From Okamejei kenojei (Eukaryota), in NCBI GenBank assembly GCA_035221665.1, contig CM069134.1:57164001-57228000 (forward strand): 64,000 nucleotides of DNA. Reading direction: 5' to 3'. The notes beneath the pieces were generated by a model. It was not told the origin of the DNA and ran no database searches. It was given only the letters and a program-made list of their open reading frames with translations. A program made the position numbers and the translations under genes. Positions 12,101 to 25,200 of this stretch are shown here, in pieces. Each line of letters begins with the position of its first letter. Positions within the stretch are counted from its first letter, which is position 1.

Positions 12101-15100
12101 CCAACAAGCAGCTTCAGTTATGATGCTCATGCTTTCCTGTTTGGTCCTGGATGGGTCTTTCCTCCTCGGATCACTGGTATTTTCTTTTGTTCAGTGTAAA
12201 ATTGGGTGAACCATGACTTCTACTCCATCTTCAGTCAAAAAGATGCATAATTCCTGGAGATTCTGCCTTGCAGCTAGCAGAGTCCTCCCCCAGCTGGTCA
12301 GGCTGTTTGACATTCTTTTTTTCTGTCTTTGCCCTTCTGTGAATCCAATGCAAAAAGGAGTCGCAGCTTGGTTCTCATATCGTCATAGCTCCAGCTCTCT
12401 TGGTTTTCCCGTAGAGACAATTTGTAGTAGGGTTCTGATGCTCCTGTTCCTATTCCTCCCTGCATGTTCCTCATTTTGTCCAGTGTTGACTTGGGTGTGG
12501 GTTCTGTTCTGTGCGACAAAGTTAGGCTTAATTACCAGCGATGACTTGGATTTCAGGTGTTTGCTCCTTCCGCATTTGACGTAACTGCCATTGGCAGAGG
12601 CTTCTCTCAGTCTTCTCTCCATCCTCCGGCACCCACTGATTCCGTAGAGCCCGTCTTCGTCGCCAACCTCGCGGAACCCACAGCGGGCCCGTCTTCAGTT
12701 CTCTCAACCTCCTCACTTGTGTTTCCCACCAACAAGCTGCGCAGGTTTTGTCAGTTAGGAATGCTCAAGCTCTCCTGTTAAGATCCTGGCTGTGTCTTTT
12801 TCTCCTCACCATCATCACTGCTTCTTTCTTTTATTCAGTGTTGAATTGGTGAAGGTTCCATCTCCAGTCAAAAAGATGCGTCATTCCTGGAAATCCCTGA
12901 GTTCTTCCAGAGGTGGTCAGGCTATTTGACATCTTTCTTCTAGTTCTTTTTGCCCTGATGGTGAATCCAATGACACTGGAAAGAAGAGACAGCTTGTTTC
13001 TCAATTACGTCAGCTCCAGCTAAGTCTGGTCAGTTGCGATGCCTTGGTTTTCCAAGAGACAATCCTGGTAGGGTCCTAAGGTTCCTGTTCCTCAATGAAT
13101 GTTCCTTCTTTCTTTTTTCTCAATTAAACAGAATGCATCTGTCAACTGTTAGATTTCCATCTTTAGATTATCATAGAACCTCAACCACCTCCTCTATCTT
13201 CTCTGCTTCATGTTCCCAGCGCTTTAAAGGTCAAGCAAATCTTTCTACCCAGCCAGAAGATGAAATGCTAGTCTGGACTTTACATGAAGGCTACATATGT
13301 AAGCAAATGAAGTAATAAGGCATCCAGACTAAAAATGCAAATTGCAGCTCTTTATGGTGCCTCTTAAAAGACTCTCAGCAGCCCAAGGACTGGTCTTTCA
13401 AGGTTCAAGAACAGCATCTCCCCGTCAGCCTTCAGGTTCTTGAACCACATTGCACCAGCAACATACTCCTTCTAAACCACAACAGACTGCATCACAATGG
13501 CTCTCCACGAAAAAAAAAATTGTTTTTGTATTATCATGGTCTACTTTCCTAAAACTAATAATAACATACTGAGACAATGATGGTCTACTTTCCTATAACT
13601 AATAACATACTGAGACATTCGATTTGTGTGCTTTCTTTTGACTGGTTGAATATGGTGAGGGCTCCGTTTCTATTGTAAAAAGATGCACCATTCCCAGAGA
13701 AATCTATCTGCCCAGAAGCCTGTCCGAACAGGTCAAGCTGTTTGACATCTTTCTTCTGACTTTTGCCCTTATGCTGAATCCAATGCACGGGCAAAGAGAC
13801 CAAGCTTGATTTTCAATCGCCGTTAGCTCCAGCTGCTTCTGGTCATTGTGATGACTTGGTTTTCCCAGTGACAATCCATGGTATGGGTTCTGATCAAGCT
13901 GATCCTCCCCTGTATGTTCCTCGCCCTCATTTTGTCCAGTGTGACTTGGGTGTGGCTTCTGTCCTGTGACACGGATAGGCTTCATACTAGAGGTACCTTG
14001 GCTTTCAGTTTGTCGGGCATTTTGCATTCTTTTGACTGTTAATTGATTGGTTGATTTTCAATCGACGTTAGGCTCCCAGCTACTTCTGGTCAGTTGGGAA
14101 TGCTTGGTTTTCAACAGTGGCAATCCAATTGTAGTTCTCATGCTCCTGTTCCTCCCATGTATGTTCCTTCCACATTTTGTCCAGTTGATTTATTTGTGGG
14201 TTCTGTCCTGTGACAAGGATAGGCTTCCTTACCAGAGATTTCTTGACTTTCAGGTGTCCCGGTCTGCATTTGTCGTAACTACCATTGGCAGTCACTACTC
14301 TTCGTCTTCTCTCCGTCCTCCACCAAGGGCCCGCCTTCGTCCAACCTCCGGCACCCACCACAGGCCCGTCTTCAGCTGCCGTATCCTCTCTTGGACAGCA
14401 CACCTTGCTCTCTTTAGATCCTCGCTTGTGTTTCCCACCAAGAAGCAGCATTGGTTATGATGCTCATGCTCTCCTTTCATTCACCAGTGTTGAATTGGTG
14501 GTGGCTCCATCTTCAGTCAAAGATGCATGATTCCTGGAGATTCTGCCTTGCAAATAGAGTCCTCCCAGAGCTGGTCAGGCTAGTTGACGTCTTTCTTCTG
14601 GCTTTGCCCTAATGGTGAATCCAATGGCACTGCAAAGAGGAGACCAGCTTGGTTCCTAATCATCATTAGCTCCAGCTACTTTTGTTCAGTTGTGATGCTT
14701 TGGTTTTCACAGCGACAATCCGTGGTAGAGTTCTGATGCTCCTGTTCCTCCCATGTATGTTCCTTCCACATTTTGTCCAGTGTTGATTTGGGTGTGGGTC
14801 CTGACCTGTGACAAGGATAGGCTTCATTATCAGAAATTTCTTGGCTTTCAGGTGTCCCGTCTGCATTTGTCGTAACTACCATTGGCAGTCGCTCCTCTTC
14901 GTCTTCTCTCCGTCCTCTGCCACCCACCAAGGGCCAGCCTTCGTCCAACCTCCGGCACCCACAGCGGGCCTGTCTTCAGCTGCCGTATCCTATCTCGGAC
15001 AGCACACCTTGCTCTCTTTAACATCCTTGCTTGTGTTTCCCACCAAGAAGCAGCGTTAGTTATGATGCTCATGCTCTCCTGTTTGCTCCTGACTTGGTCT

Positions 15101-17159
15101 TTTCCTCCTCCTTCTCATCACTGGTAAATTTAATTTATTCAGTCTTGAAATGGTGATGGCTCCAGATATTCAGTTCAACAAAAAACATCATTCCTGGATA
15201 TTCCTAGAGTCCTTCCAGAGTTAGTCATGCTATTTGAGACATCTTTCTTCTGGCTTTGCCCTGATGGTGAATACAATGACACTGCAAAGTAGTCCAGCTT
15301 GGTTCTCGATTGCAGTTAGCTCCAGCTACGTCTGGTCAGAGTTGTGATGCCTTGGTTTTCAGAGACAATCCGTGTAGGGTTCTGATGCTGCTGTTCCTCA
15401 ATGTATGTTCCTTCTTTCTTTTTGTCCAGTGTTGACTTGGGTGTGGTTTCGTCCTGTGATTAAGATAGGCTTCATTACCAGAGATCCCTTGGATTTCAGG
15501 TGTCAAGTTTTGCATTTGTTGTAACTATCATTCCTCTTGCTCCTATTCGTCTGCTCTCCGAACTCCAGACTCAAACCCCACCCGTCTTCAGCTGTCAAAT
15601 CCTCTCTTCGACGACGCAACTTGCTCCTCTTCAAAACGTCGTTGCTTGTGTTTCCCACCAACAAGCAGCTTCACTAATGAAGCTCAATGATCACCTGTTT
15701 GGTCCAGGATGCGTCTTTTCCTCCTCGTCATCACTGTATTTTTTCATTTTGTTTCAGTGTAAAATGGTGATGCTCCAGCTTCAGTCAAAAAGATGCATCA
15801 TCCTGGACAGCTGCCTTGCTAGCAGAGTCCTCCCCCAGCTGGTCAGGCTATTTGACATCTTTCTTCTGGCTTTGTTTGCCCTTCTGGTGAATCCAATAGT
15901 ACACTGCAAAAAGGATTCCAGCTTGGTTTTCTCATCACCGTTAGCTCCAGCTACATCTGGTGAGTTGCGATGCCTTGGTTTTCCCAGAGACAATCTTAGT
16001 AGGGTTCTGATGCTCCTGTTCCTCCCATGCACGTTCTTCCTCATTTTGTCCAGTGTTGACTTGGGTGCGGGTTCTGTCCTGTGACAAATATAGGCATAAT
16101 TACCAGTGTTCCCTTGGGTTGCTTTCTGCATTGGACGTAACTGCCATTGGCAGATGCTTCTCTTCGTCTTCTCTCCGTCCGCCGGCACCCACTGAGGGCT
16201 CATCTTCGTCCAACCTCCAGAACCCACCGCGGGCCCGTCTTCAGCTCTCTTAAAACTCCACACTTGTGTTTCCCACCAACAAGCAGTGTCAGTTATGATG
16301 CTCAAGCTCTCCTGTTAAGTCCTGGCTGTGTCTTTTCCTCCTCATCATCATCACTGTTGCTTTCTTTTATTCAGTGTTGAATTGGTGAAGGTTCCATCTT
16401 CAGTCAAATAGATGCGTCATTCCTGGAGATCCCGGGAGTTCTCTTCCAGAGTTGGTCAGGCTATTTGACATCTTATAGCTGCTTTGCCCTGATGGTGAAT
16501 CCAATGACACTGCAAAGAAGATACCAGCTTGCTTCTCAATCATCATTAGCTCCAGCTAATTCTGGTCAGTTGTGATGCCTTGGTTTTCCAATAGACAATC
16601 CGTGGTAGGGTCCTAATGTTCCTGTTCCTCAATGTAAATGTTTCTCTTTCTTTCTTTTTCCTCAATTAAACAGAATGCATCTGTCAACCTGTTAGATTTC
16701 ATAGAACCTCAACCTCCTCTATCTTCTCTGCTTCATGTTCCCGCGCTTTTAAGGTCAAGCAAATCTTTCTACCCAGCCTGAAGATAAAATGCTAGTCTGG
16801 ACTTTACATGAAGGCTGCATACGTAAGCAAATGAAGTAATAAGGCATCCAGACTAAAAATGCAAATTGCAGCTCTTTATGGTGCCTCCTAAAAGACTCTC
16901 AGCAGCCCAAGGACTGGTCTTTCAAGGTTCAAGAACAGCATCTCCCCATCAACCACCAGATTCTTGAACCACATTACACCAGCAACACACTCCTTCTAAA
17001 CCACAACAGACTGCATCACAATGGCTGCTCCACAAACATTGCTTTTGTATTATCATGGTCTACTTTCCTAAAACTAATAATAACATAATGAGACAAGATA
17101 TCCATTCAATTGCTGTCCTGGATATCAACTCCAATATTTGCCAATATAACAATTTCTTT

Positions 17160-17224
17160 GAACCCGCCAGGTTACTCCAGCCTTTTGTGTAACCTCGATT
17201 CTCCAGCATCTGCAGTTCCTTCTT
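17160..17224 (+). mobile_element. 65-bp Penelope-like/short retroelement terminal fragment inserted in spacer D
   Basis: gaacccgccaggttactccagccttttgtgt...ccagcatctgcagttccttc is absent from other spacer types. It is flanked by a 13-bp direct repeat taacaatttcttt (17147-17159 and 17225-17237) and resembles the 3' part of the 42262 insert (cccgctgagtttctccagctttttg). Confidence 0.7.
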
Positions 17225-20200
17225 TAACAATTTCTTTATTTGTTTTTGCTTAGCATGTGCTTACTTTTGACTGGTTGAATTGGTAAGGGCTCCGTTGATT
17301 GGTAAAAGATGCATCATTCCCAGAGATTCTATCTTGCCAGCAGAATCCTCTCCGAACTGGACAAGCTGTTTGACATCTTTCTTCTGGCTTTGCCCTTATG
17401 GTGAATCCAATGCCACTGCAAAGAGACCAGCTTGATTTTCAATCGCCATTCGCTCCAGCTACTTCTGGTCAGTTGTGATGACTTGGTTTTCCCAGTGACA
17501 ATCCATGGTAGGGTTCTCCTCCCCTGTATGCTCCTGTTCCTCATTTTGTCCAGTGTTGACTTGGGTGTGGGTTTTGTCCTGTGACAAGGATAGGCTTCAT
17601 TACCAGAGATACCTTGGCTTTCAGTTGTCGCGTTTTGCATTTGTCGTAACTACCAATGGCACTTCCTGCCGAATCTTCTCTTGGATGGCACACCTTGCTC
17701 TCTTTAACATCCTCACTTGTGTTTCCCAACAACAAGCAGCGTCAGTTATGATGCTCATGAACTCCTGCTTGTTCCTGCTGGGTCTTCATCTCCTCGTCAT
17801 CACTGGTGCTTTCTTTTCTTCAGTGTTAAATTGGTGATGACTCCATCATCTGTCAAAAAGATGCATCATTCATGGAGATTCTGCCTTGCTAGCAGAGTCC
17901 TTCCAGAGCTGGTCAGGCTATTTGACATCTTTCTTTTGGCTTTGTACTGATGGTCTCGCTTGGGTGACAAAAGTTGGACATTTGTCGTAACTATCTTTGG
18001 TTCTCGCTCCTTTTCTTCATCTTCTCTCCAGCATCCACTGCAGGTCCATCAAACATAGGGCACCCATCGCGGGTCCGTCTTCAGCTGACGAATCTTCTCT
18101 TGGGCAGCACACCATGCTCTCTTGGGCGGCTGTATCCGTCTTTTCCTCCTTGTCATTACTGATATTTTCTTTAGTTCAGTGTTAAATTGGTGATGGCTCC
18201 ATCTTCAGTCAAAAAGATGCATCATTCCTGGACATTCTGCCTTGTTAGCAGAGTCCTCCCCCAGCTGGTCAGGCTATTTGACATCTTTCTTCCACCTTCG
18301 CTCTTCTGGTGAATCCAATGACACTGCAAAAAGGAGTCCAGCTTGGGTCTCAATCGTCGTTAGCTCCAGCTACGTCTGGTGAGTTGGCATGCCTTGGTTT
18401 TCCCAGAGACAATCTGCAGATTCTGATGCTCCTGTTCCTCCCATACTTGTTCCTCATTTTGTCCAGTGTTGACTTCGCTGTGGGTACTGTCCTGTGACAA
18501 AGATAGGCTTAATTACCAGCGATCCCTTGGATTTCAGGTGTTGCTTTCTGCATTTGATGTAAATACCATTGGCAGATGCTCCTCTTCGTCTTCTCTATGT
18601 CCTTCGGCATCCACAGAGAGTCCGTCTACGTGCAACCTCCGGAACCCACCGTGTGCCCGTCTTCAGCTCTCTTTACCCACCTCATTTGAGTTTCCCACCA
18701 ACAAGCAGTGTCAGTTATGATGCTCATGCTCTCCTGTTAGGTCCTGGCTGTGTCGTTTCCTCCTCATCATCATCACTCTTGCTTTCTTTTATTCAGTGTC
18801 GGATTGGTGAAGGTTTCATCTCCAGTCAAAAAGATGCATCATTCCTGGAGATCCCTGGATTTCTTCCAGAGTTGGTCAGGCTATTTGACATATTTCTTCT
18901 AGCTTTGCCCTGATGGTGAATCCAATGACACTGCAAAGAAGAGACCAGCTTGCTTCTCAATCATCTTTAGCTCCAGCTCTGGTCAGTTGTGATGCCTTGG
19001 TTTTCCAAGAGACAATCCGTGGTAGGTTTCTGATATTCCTGTCCCTCAATGAATGTTCCTTCTTTCTTTTTTCTCAATTAAACAGAATGCATCTATCAAC
19101 CGTTAAATTTGCATCTGTTAGATTTCATAGAACCTCAACCTCTTCTATCTTCTCTGCTTCATGTTCCCGCACTTTTAAGGTCCTGCAAATCTTAGTCAGT
19201 GTTAAATTGGTGATGTCTCCATCATCTGTCAAAAAGATGCATCATTCCTGGAGATTCTGCCTTGCTAGCTGCCTTCCAGAGCTGGTCAGTCTATTTGACA
19301 TCTTTCTTTTGGCTTTGTCCTTGTGGTCTCGCTTGGGTGATGAAAGAGGGTAATTTGTCGTAACTATCTTTGCTTCTTGCTCCTTTTCTTCATCTTCTCT
19401 CCAGCATCCACCACAGGTCCAACAAACATCCAGCACCCATCGCAGACCCGTCTTCCGCTGCCGAATCTTCTCTTGGACAGCACACCTTGATCTCTTTAAC
19501 ATCCTCGCTTGAGTTTCCCCACCAACAAGCAGCGTCAGTTCTGATGCTCATGATCTCCTCTTTGGTTCTGGCTGGGTCCTTTCCGCTTCGTCATCACCAG
19601 TGCTTTCTTTTCGTCATTGTTGAATTGGTGATGACTCCATCTACTGTCAAAAAGATGCATCATTCCTGGAGATTCTGCTTTGCTAGCAGAGTCCTCCCCC
19701 AGCTGGTCAGGCTATTTGACATCTTTCTCTGGCTTTGCCCTTCTGGTGAATCCAATGACACTGCAAAGAGGAGCCCAGCTTGGTTCTCAATCGTCATTAG
19801 CTCCAGCTACTTCTGGTCAGTTGTGATGCCTTAGTTTACCCAGTGACAATACGTAGTAGGGTTCTGATGCTCCTGTTCCTCCCATGTATGTTCCTTGTTT
19901 TGTCCAATGTTGACGAGTGTGGGATCTATCCTGTGACAAAGATAGACTTCATTACCAGATATCACTTGGGTTCCAGGTGTTGCTATCTGCATTTGCCGTA
20001 ACTACCATTGCCAGTTGCTTCTCTTCGTCGTCTCTTCGACATCCGGAACCCACCGAGGGCCCGTCTTCAACTGCTGATTCCTCTCTGGGACGGTTCAGTC
20101 CATCTTTCACACTCCCTGAGGGCCCAGCTCACTCTCTTTATCCATCTTGCATGGGTGACGAAATTGGGTCATGCCATAACTATCTTTGCCACTTGCACCT

Positions 20201-22263
20201 CTTCTTCATCTTCATTCTGGTACCCACTGCGGGGAAAGCCCAATTTTCTGGCACCCACTGCAGACCCATCCTCAGTGGCCAAATCTTCTCTTGAATGGCA
20301 CATCTTGTTCCCTTTAACATCTTCGCTTGTTTTTCCCACCAACAAGCAGCGTCAATTATGATGCTCATGCTCTCCTGTTTGGGCCTGGCTGGGTCTTTTC
20401 CTCCACGTCTTCACTGATGCTTTCTTTTATTCAGTGTTGAATTGGCGATGGTTCCATCTTCAGTCAATGATGCATCATTCTTGGAGATTCTGCCTTGCTA
20501 GTAGAGTCCTCCCAGAGCTGGTCAGGCTAGTTGACATCTTTCTTCTGGCTTTGTCCTTATGGTGAATCCAATGACACTGCAAAGAGGAGACCAGCTTGGT
20601 TCCTAATCATCATTAGCTCCAGATACTTCTGGTCATTTGTGATGCCTTGGTTTTTCACCAGTGACAATCCGTAGTAGAGTTCTGATGCTCCTGTTCCTCC
20701 CATGTATGTTCCTTCCACATTTTGTCCAGTGTTGATTTGGGTGTGGATTCTGTTCTGTGACAAGGATAGGCTTCATTACCAGAGATTTCTTGGCTTTCAG
20801 GTGTCCCGCTCTGCATGTGTCGTAACTACCATTGGCAATTGCTCCTCTTCATATTCTCTCCGTGCTCCGGCACCCACCAAGGGCCCGCCTTCGTCCAACC
20901 TCCGGCACCCACCGCGAGCCCGTATTCTGCTGCCGTATCCTCTCTCGGACAGCACACCTTGCTCTCTTTAACTTCCTCGCTTTTGTTTCCCACCAAGAAG
21001 CAGTGTTAGGTATGATGCTCATGCTCTCCTGTTTGCTCCTGACCTGGTCTTTTCCTCCTCTTCCTCATCACTGGTGCTTTCTTTTATTCAGTGTTGAATT
21101 GGTGATGGCTCCGTCTTCAGTCAAAAAGATGCATCATTCCTGGAGATTCCTAGTCCTTCCAGAGTTAGTCATGCTATTTGACATTTTTCTTCTGGCTTTG
21201 CCCTGATGGTGAATACAATGATAGTGCAAAGTGTCCAGCTTGGTTCTCAATCATCGTTAGCTCCAGCTACTTCTGGTCAGTTGTGATGCCTTGGTTTTCA
21301 AAGAGACAATCTGTGGTAGGGTTCCGATGCAGCTGTTCCTCAATGTATGTTCCGTCTTTCTTTTGTCCATTGTTGCCTTGGGTGTGGGTTCTGTCCTGTG
21401 ACAAAGATAGGCTTCATTACCAGATATCAGGTGTCGCGTTCTGCATTTGTCGTAACTATCATTGCCACTTGCTCCTATTCTTCTTCTCTCCGACCTCCAG
21501 CACCCGTCTTCAGCTGCCGAGTCCTCTCTTGGGCGGCTGTATCCGTCTTCCTCGATCCCTGAGTGCCCAGCTCACTCTCTTTAACCACCTTGCTTGGGTG
21601 ACAAAAGTGGGTCATTTATCGTAATTATCTTTGCTTCTTGCACCTCTTCTTCATCTTCTGTCCGGCACCCACCGTGGTAAGGTCCAAACTCCGGCACCCA
21701 CCGCGGGCCCGTCTTCAGCTGCCAAATCCTCTCTTGAACGACACAACTTGCTCTCTTCAACGTCCTTGCCTGTGTTTCCCACCAACAAGCAGCTTCAGTT
21801 ATGAAGCTCATGATAACGTTTCGTCCTGGATAGGTCTTTTCCTCCAAGTCATCACTGGTATTTTCTTTTGTTAAGTGTTAAATTGGTGATGGCTCCATCT
21901 TCAGTCAAAAAGGTGCATAATTCCTGGAGATTCTGCCTTGCTAGCAGAGTCCTCCCCCAGCTGATCAGGCTATTTGACATCTTTCTTCTGGCTTTGCCCA
22001 TCTGGTGAATCCAATGACACTGCAAAAAGGAGTCCAGCTTGGTTATCAATCGCCATTAGCTCCAGTTACGTCTGGTGAGTTGCAACGCCTTGGTTTTCCC
22101 AGAGACAACCTATAGTAGGGTGCTGATGCTCCTCTTCCTCCCATGCAAATTCCTCATTTTTTCCAGTGTTGACTTGGGTGTGGGCTCTGTCTTGTGACAA
22201 AGATAGGCTTAATTACCAGCGATCCCTTGGATTTCAGCTGTTGCTTTATGCATTTGACGTGAC

Positions 22264-22285
22264 GTATTATGCATATGCATAATAC
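22264..22285. repeat. Perfect 22-bp palindrome (HOR copy 2)
   Basis: Identical to 6093-6114. Confidence 0.9.
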
Positions 22286-25200
22286 ATGACGTATTATGCA
22301 TATGCGTTCTCTTTATCTTCTCTCCGTCCTCCGGCACCCACTGAGGGCGCGTCTTCGTCCAACCACCGGAACCCTCCGCGGGCCCATCTTCAGCTGCTGA
22401 ATCCTCTCTTGGACGGCATACCTTGCACTCTTAACCTCCTCACTTGTGTTTCCCACCAACAAGCAGTGTCAGCTATGATGCTCATGATCTCCTGTTAAGT
22501 CCTGGCTGTGTCTTTTCCTCCTCCTCATCATCATCACTGTTGCTTTCTTTTATTCAGTGTTGAATTGGTAAAGGTTTCATCTTCAGTTAAAAAGATGCAT
22601 CATTCCTGGAGATCCTTGAGTTCTTTCATAGTTGGTCAGGCTATTTGACATCTTTCTTCTAGCTTTGCCCTGATGGTGAATCCAATGACACTGCAAAGAA
22701 GAGACCAGCATGTGATGCCTTGGTTTTCCAAGAGACAATCCGTGGTTGGGTTCTGATGTTCCTGGTCCTCAATGTATGTTCCTTCTTTATTCTCAATTAA
22801 ACTGAATGCATCTGTCATCTTTTGGATTTGCATCGGTTAGATGTCCTAGAACCTCAACCTCCTCTATCTTCTCTGCTTCATAATCACGCTCTTTTAAGGT
22901 CAAGCAAATCTTTGTAACCAGCCTGAAGATATAATGCTAGTCTGGACTTTACATGAAGGCTACATATGCAATCAAATAAAGTAATAAGGCATCCAGACTA
23001 AAAATGCAAATTGCAATACTTTATGGTGTCTCTTAAAAGACTCTCAGCAACCCAAGGACTGGTCTTTGAAGGTTCAAGAACAGCCTCTCCCCGTCAACCA
23101 TCAGGTTCTTGAACCACATTACACCAGCAACACACTCCTTCCAAACCACAACTGACTGCATCACAATGGCTGCTCCACAAAGATTGTTTTTGTATTATCA
23201 TGGTCTACTTTCCTATAATTAATAATAACATAATGAGACAAGATATCCATTCGATTGCTGTAATGGATATAAACTCCAATATATGCCAATATAACAATTT
23301 CTTTATTTGTCATTGTTTAGCATGTGCTTTCTTTTGACTGGTTGAATAAGTGAGGGCTCCGTTCATTGGTAAAAAGATGCGTAATTCCCAGAGATTCTAT
23401 CTTGCCAGCAGAATCCTCACCGAACTGGTCAAGCTGTTTGACATCTTTCTTCTGGCTTTGCCCTTATGCTGAATCCAATGACACTGCAAAGAGACCAGCT
23501 TGATTTTCAATCAATGTTAGCTCCAGCTACTTCTGGTCAGTTGTGATGACTTGGTTTTCCCAGTGACAATCCATGGTAGGGTTCTGATGCTGCTGTTCCT
23601 CCACTGTATGTTCCTTCCTCATTTTGTCCTGTGTTGACTTGGGTGTGGGTTCTGTCCTGTGACAAGGATAGGCTTCATTACCAGTGGTACCATGGCTTTC
23701 AGTTGTCGCGTTTTGCATTTGTCGTAACTACCAATGGCACTTGATGCCGAATCTTCTCTTGGATGGCACACCTTGCTCTCTTTAACATCCTCACTTGTGT
23801 TTCCCAACAACAAGCAGCGTCAGTTATGATGCTCATGAACTCCTGCTTGTTCCTGCTGGGTCTTCATCTCCTCGTCATCACTGGTGCTTTCTTTTCTCCA
23901 GTGTTAAATTGGTGATGACTCCATCATCTGTCAAAAAGATGCATCATTCATGGAGATTCTGCCTTGCCAGCAGAGTCCTTCCACAGCTGGTCAGGCTATT
24001 TGACATCTTTCTTTTGGCTTTGTCCTGATGGTCTCGCTTGGGTGGTGAAAGAGGGACATTTGTCGTAACTATCTTTGCTTCTCGCTCCTTTTCTTCATCT
24101 TCTCTCCAGCATCCACTGCAGGTCCATCAAACATAGGGCACCCATCGCGGGTTTGTCTTCATCTGCCGAATATTCTCTTGGACAGCACACCTTGCTCTCT
24201 TGGGCGGCTGTATCCGTCTTTTCCTCCTTGTCATTACTGATATTTTCTTTAGTTCAGTGTTAAATTGGTGATGGCTCCATCTTCAGTCAAAAAGATGCAT
24301 CATTCCTGGACATTCTGCCTTGCTAGCAGAGTCCTCCCCCAGCTGGTCAGGCTATTTGACATCTTTCTTCTGGCTTCGCCCTTCTGGTGAATCCAATGAC
24401 ACTGCAAAAAGGAGTCCAGCTTGGTTCTGAATCGTCGTTAGCTCCAGCTACGTCTGGTGAGTTGGCATGCCTTGGTTTTCCCAGAGACAATCTGCAGAAG
24501 GATTCTGATGCTCCTGTTCCTCCCATGCATGTTCCTCATTTTGTCCAGTGTTGACTTGGCTGTGGGTTCTGTCCTGTGACAAAGATAGGCTTAATTACCA
24601 GCGATCCCTTGGATTTCAGGTGTTGCTTTCTGCATTTGATGTAAATACCATTGGCAGATGCTCCTCTTCGTCTTCTCTACGCCCTTTGCCACCCACTGAG
24701 GGTCCGTCTTCGTCCAACCTCCGGAACCCACCGCGTGCCCGTCTTCAGCTCTCTTTAACCTCCTCATTTGAGTTTCCCACCAACAATGTCAGTTATGATG
24801 CTCATGCTCTCCTGTTAGGTCCTGGCTGTGTCGTTTCCTCCTCATCATCATCACTCTTGCTTTCTTTTATTCAGTGTCGGATTGGTGAAGGTTTCATCTT
24901 CAGTCAAAAAGATGCATCATTCCTGGAGATCCCTGGAGTTCTTCCAGAGTTGGTCAGGCTATTTGACATATTTCTTCTAGCTTTGCCCTGATAGTGAATC
25001 CAATGACACTGCAAAGAAGAGACCAGCTTGCTTCTCAATCATCTTTAGATTCGGCTCTGGTCAGTTGTGATGGCTTGGTTTTCCAAGAGACAATCCGTGG
25101 TAGGTTTCTGATATTCCTGTTCCTTAATGTATTTTCCTTCTTTCTTTTTTCTCAATTAACCAGAAAGCTTCTGTCAACTTTTACATTTGCTTCTGTTAGA

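Larger units (their letters stand above)
5360..21456. repeat. Higher-order repeat copy 1 (~16.1 kb; spacers A ~6635, B ~8980, C ~13118, D ~16660, truncated E ~19072)
   Basis: An ordered set of diagnostic variants recurs in the same order in copies 2 and 3: tattatgcatatgc insert, gatttgacatctgctgttatttgtcacatac-like junction (copies 1 and 2 only), 65-bp insert in spacer D, truncated spacer E (copies 1 and 2 only). Anchor tatcattgccacttgctcctattcttcttc at 5360, 21457 and 40600. Confidence 0.85.
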
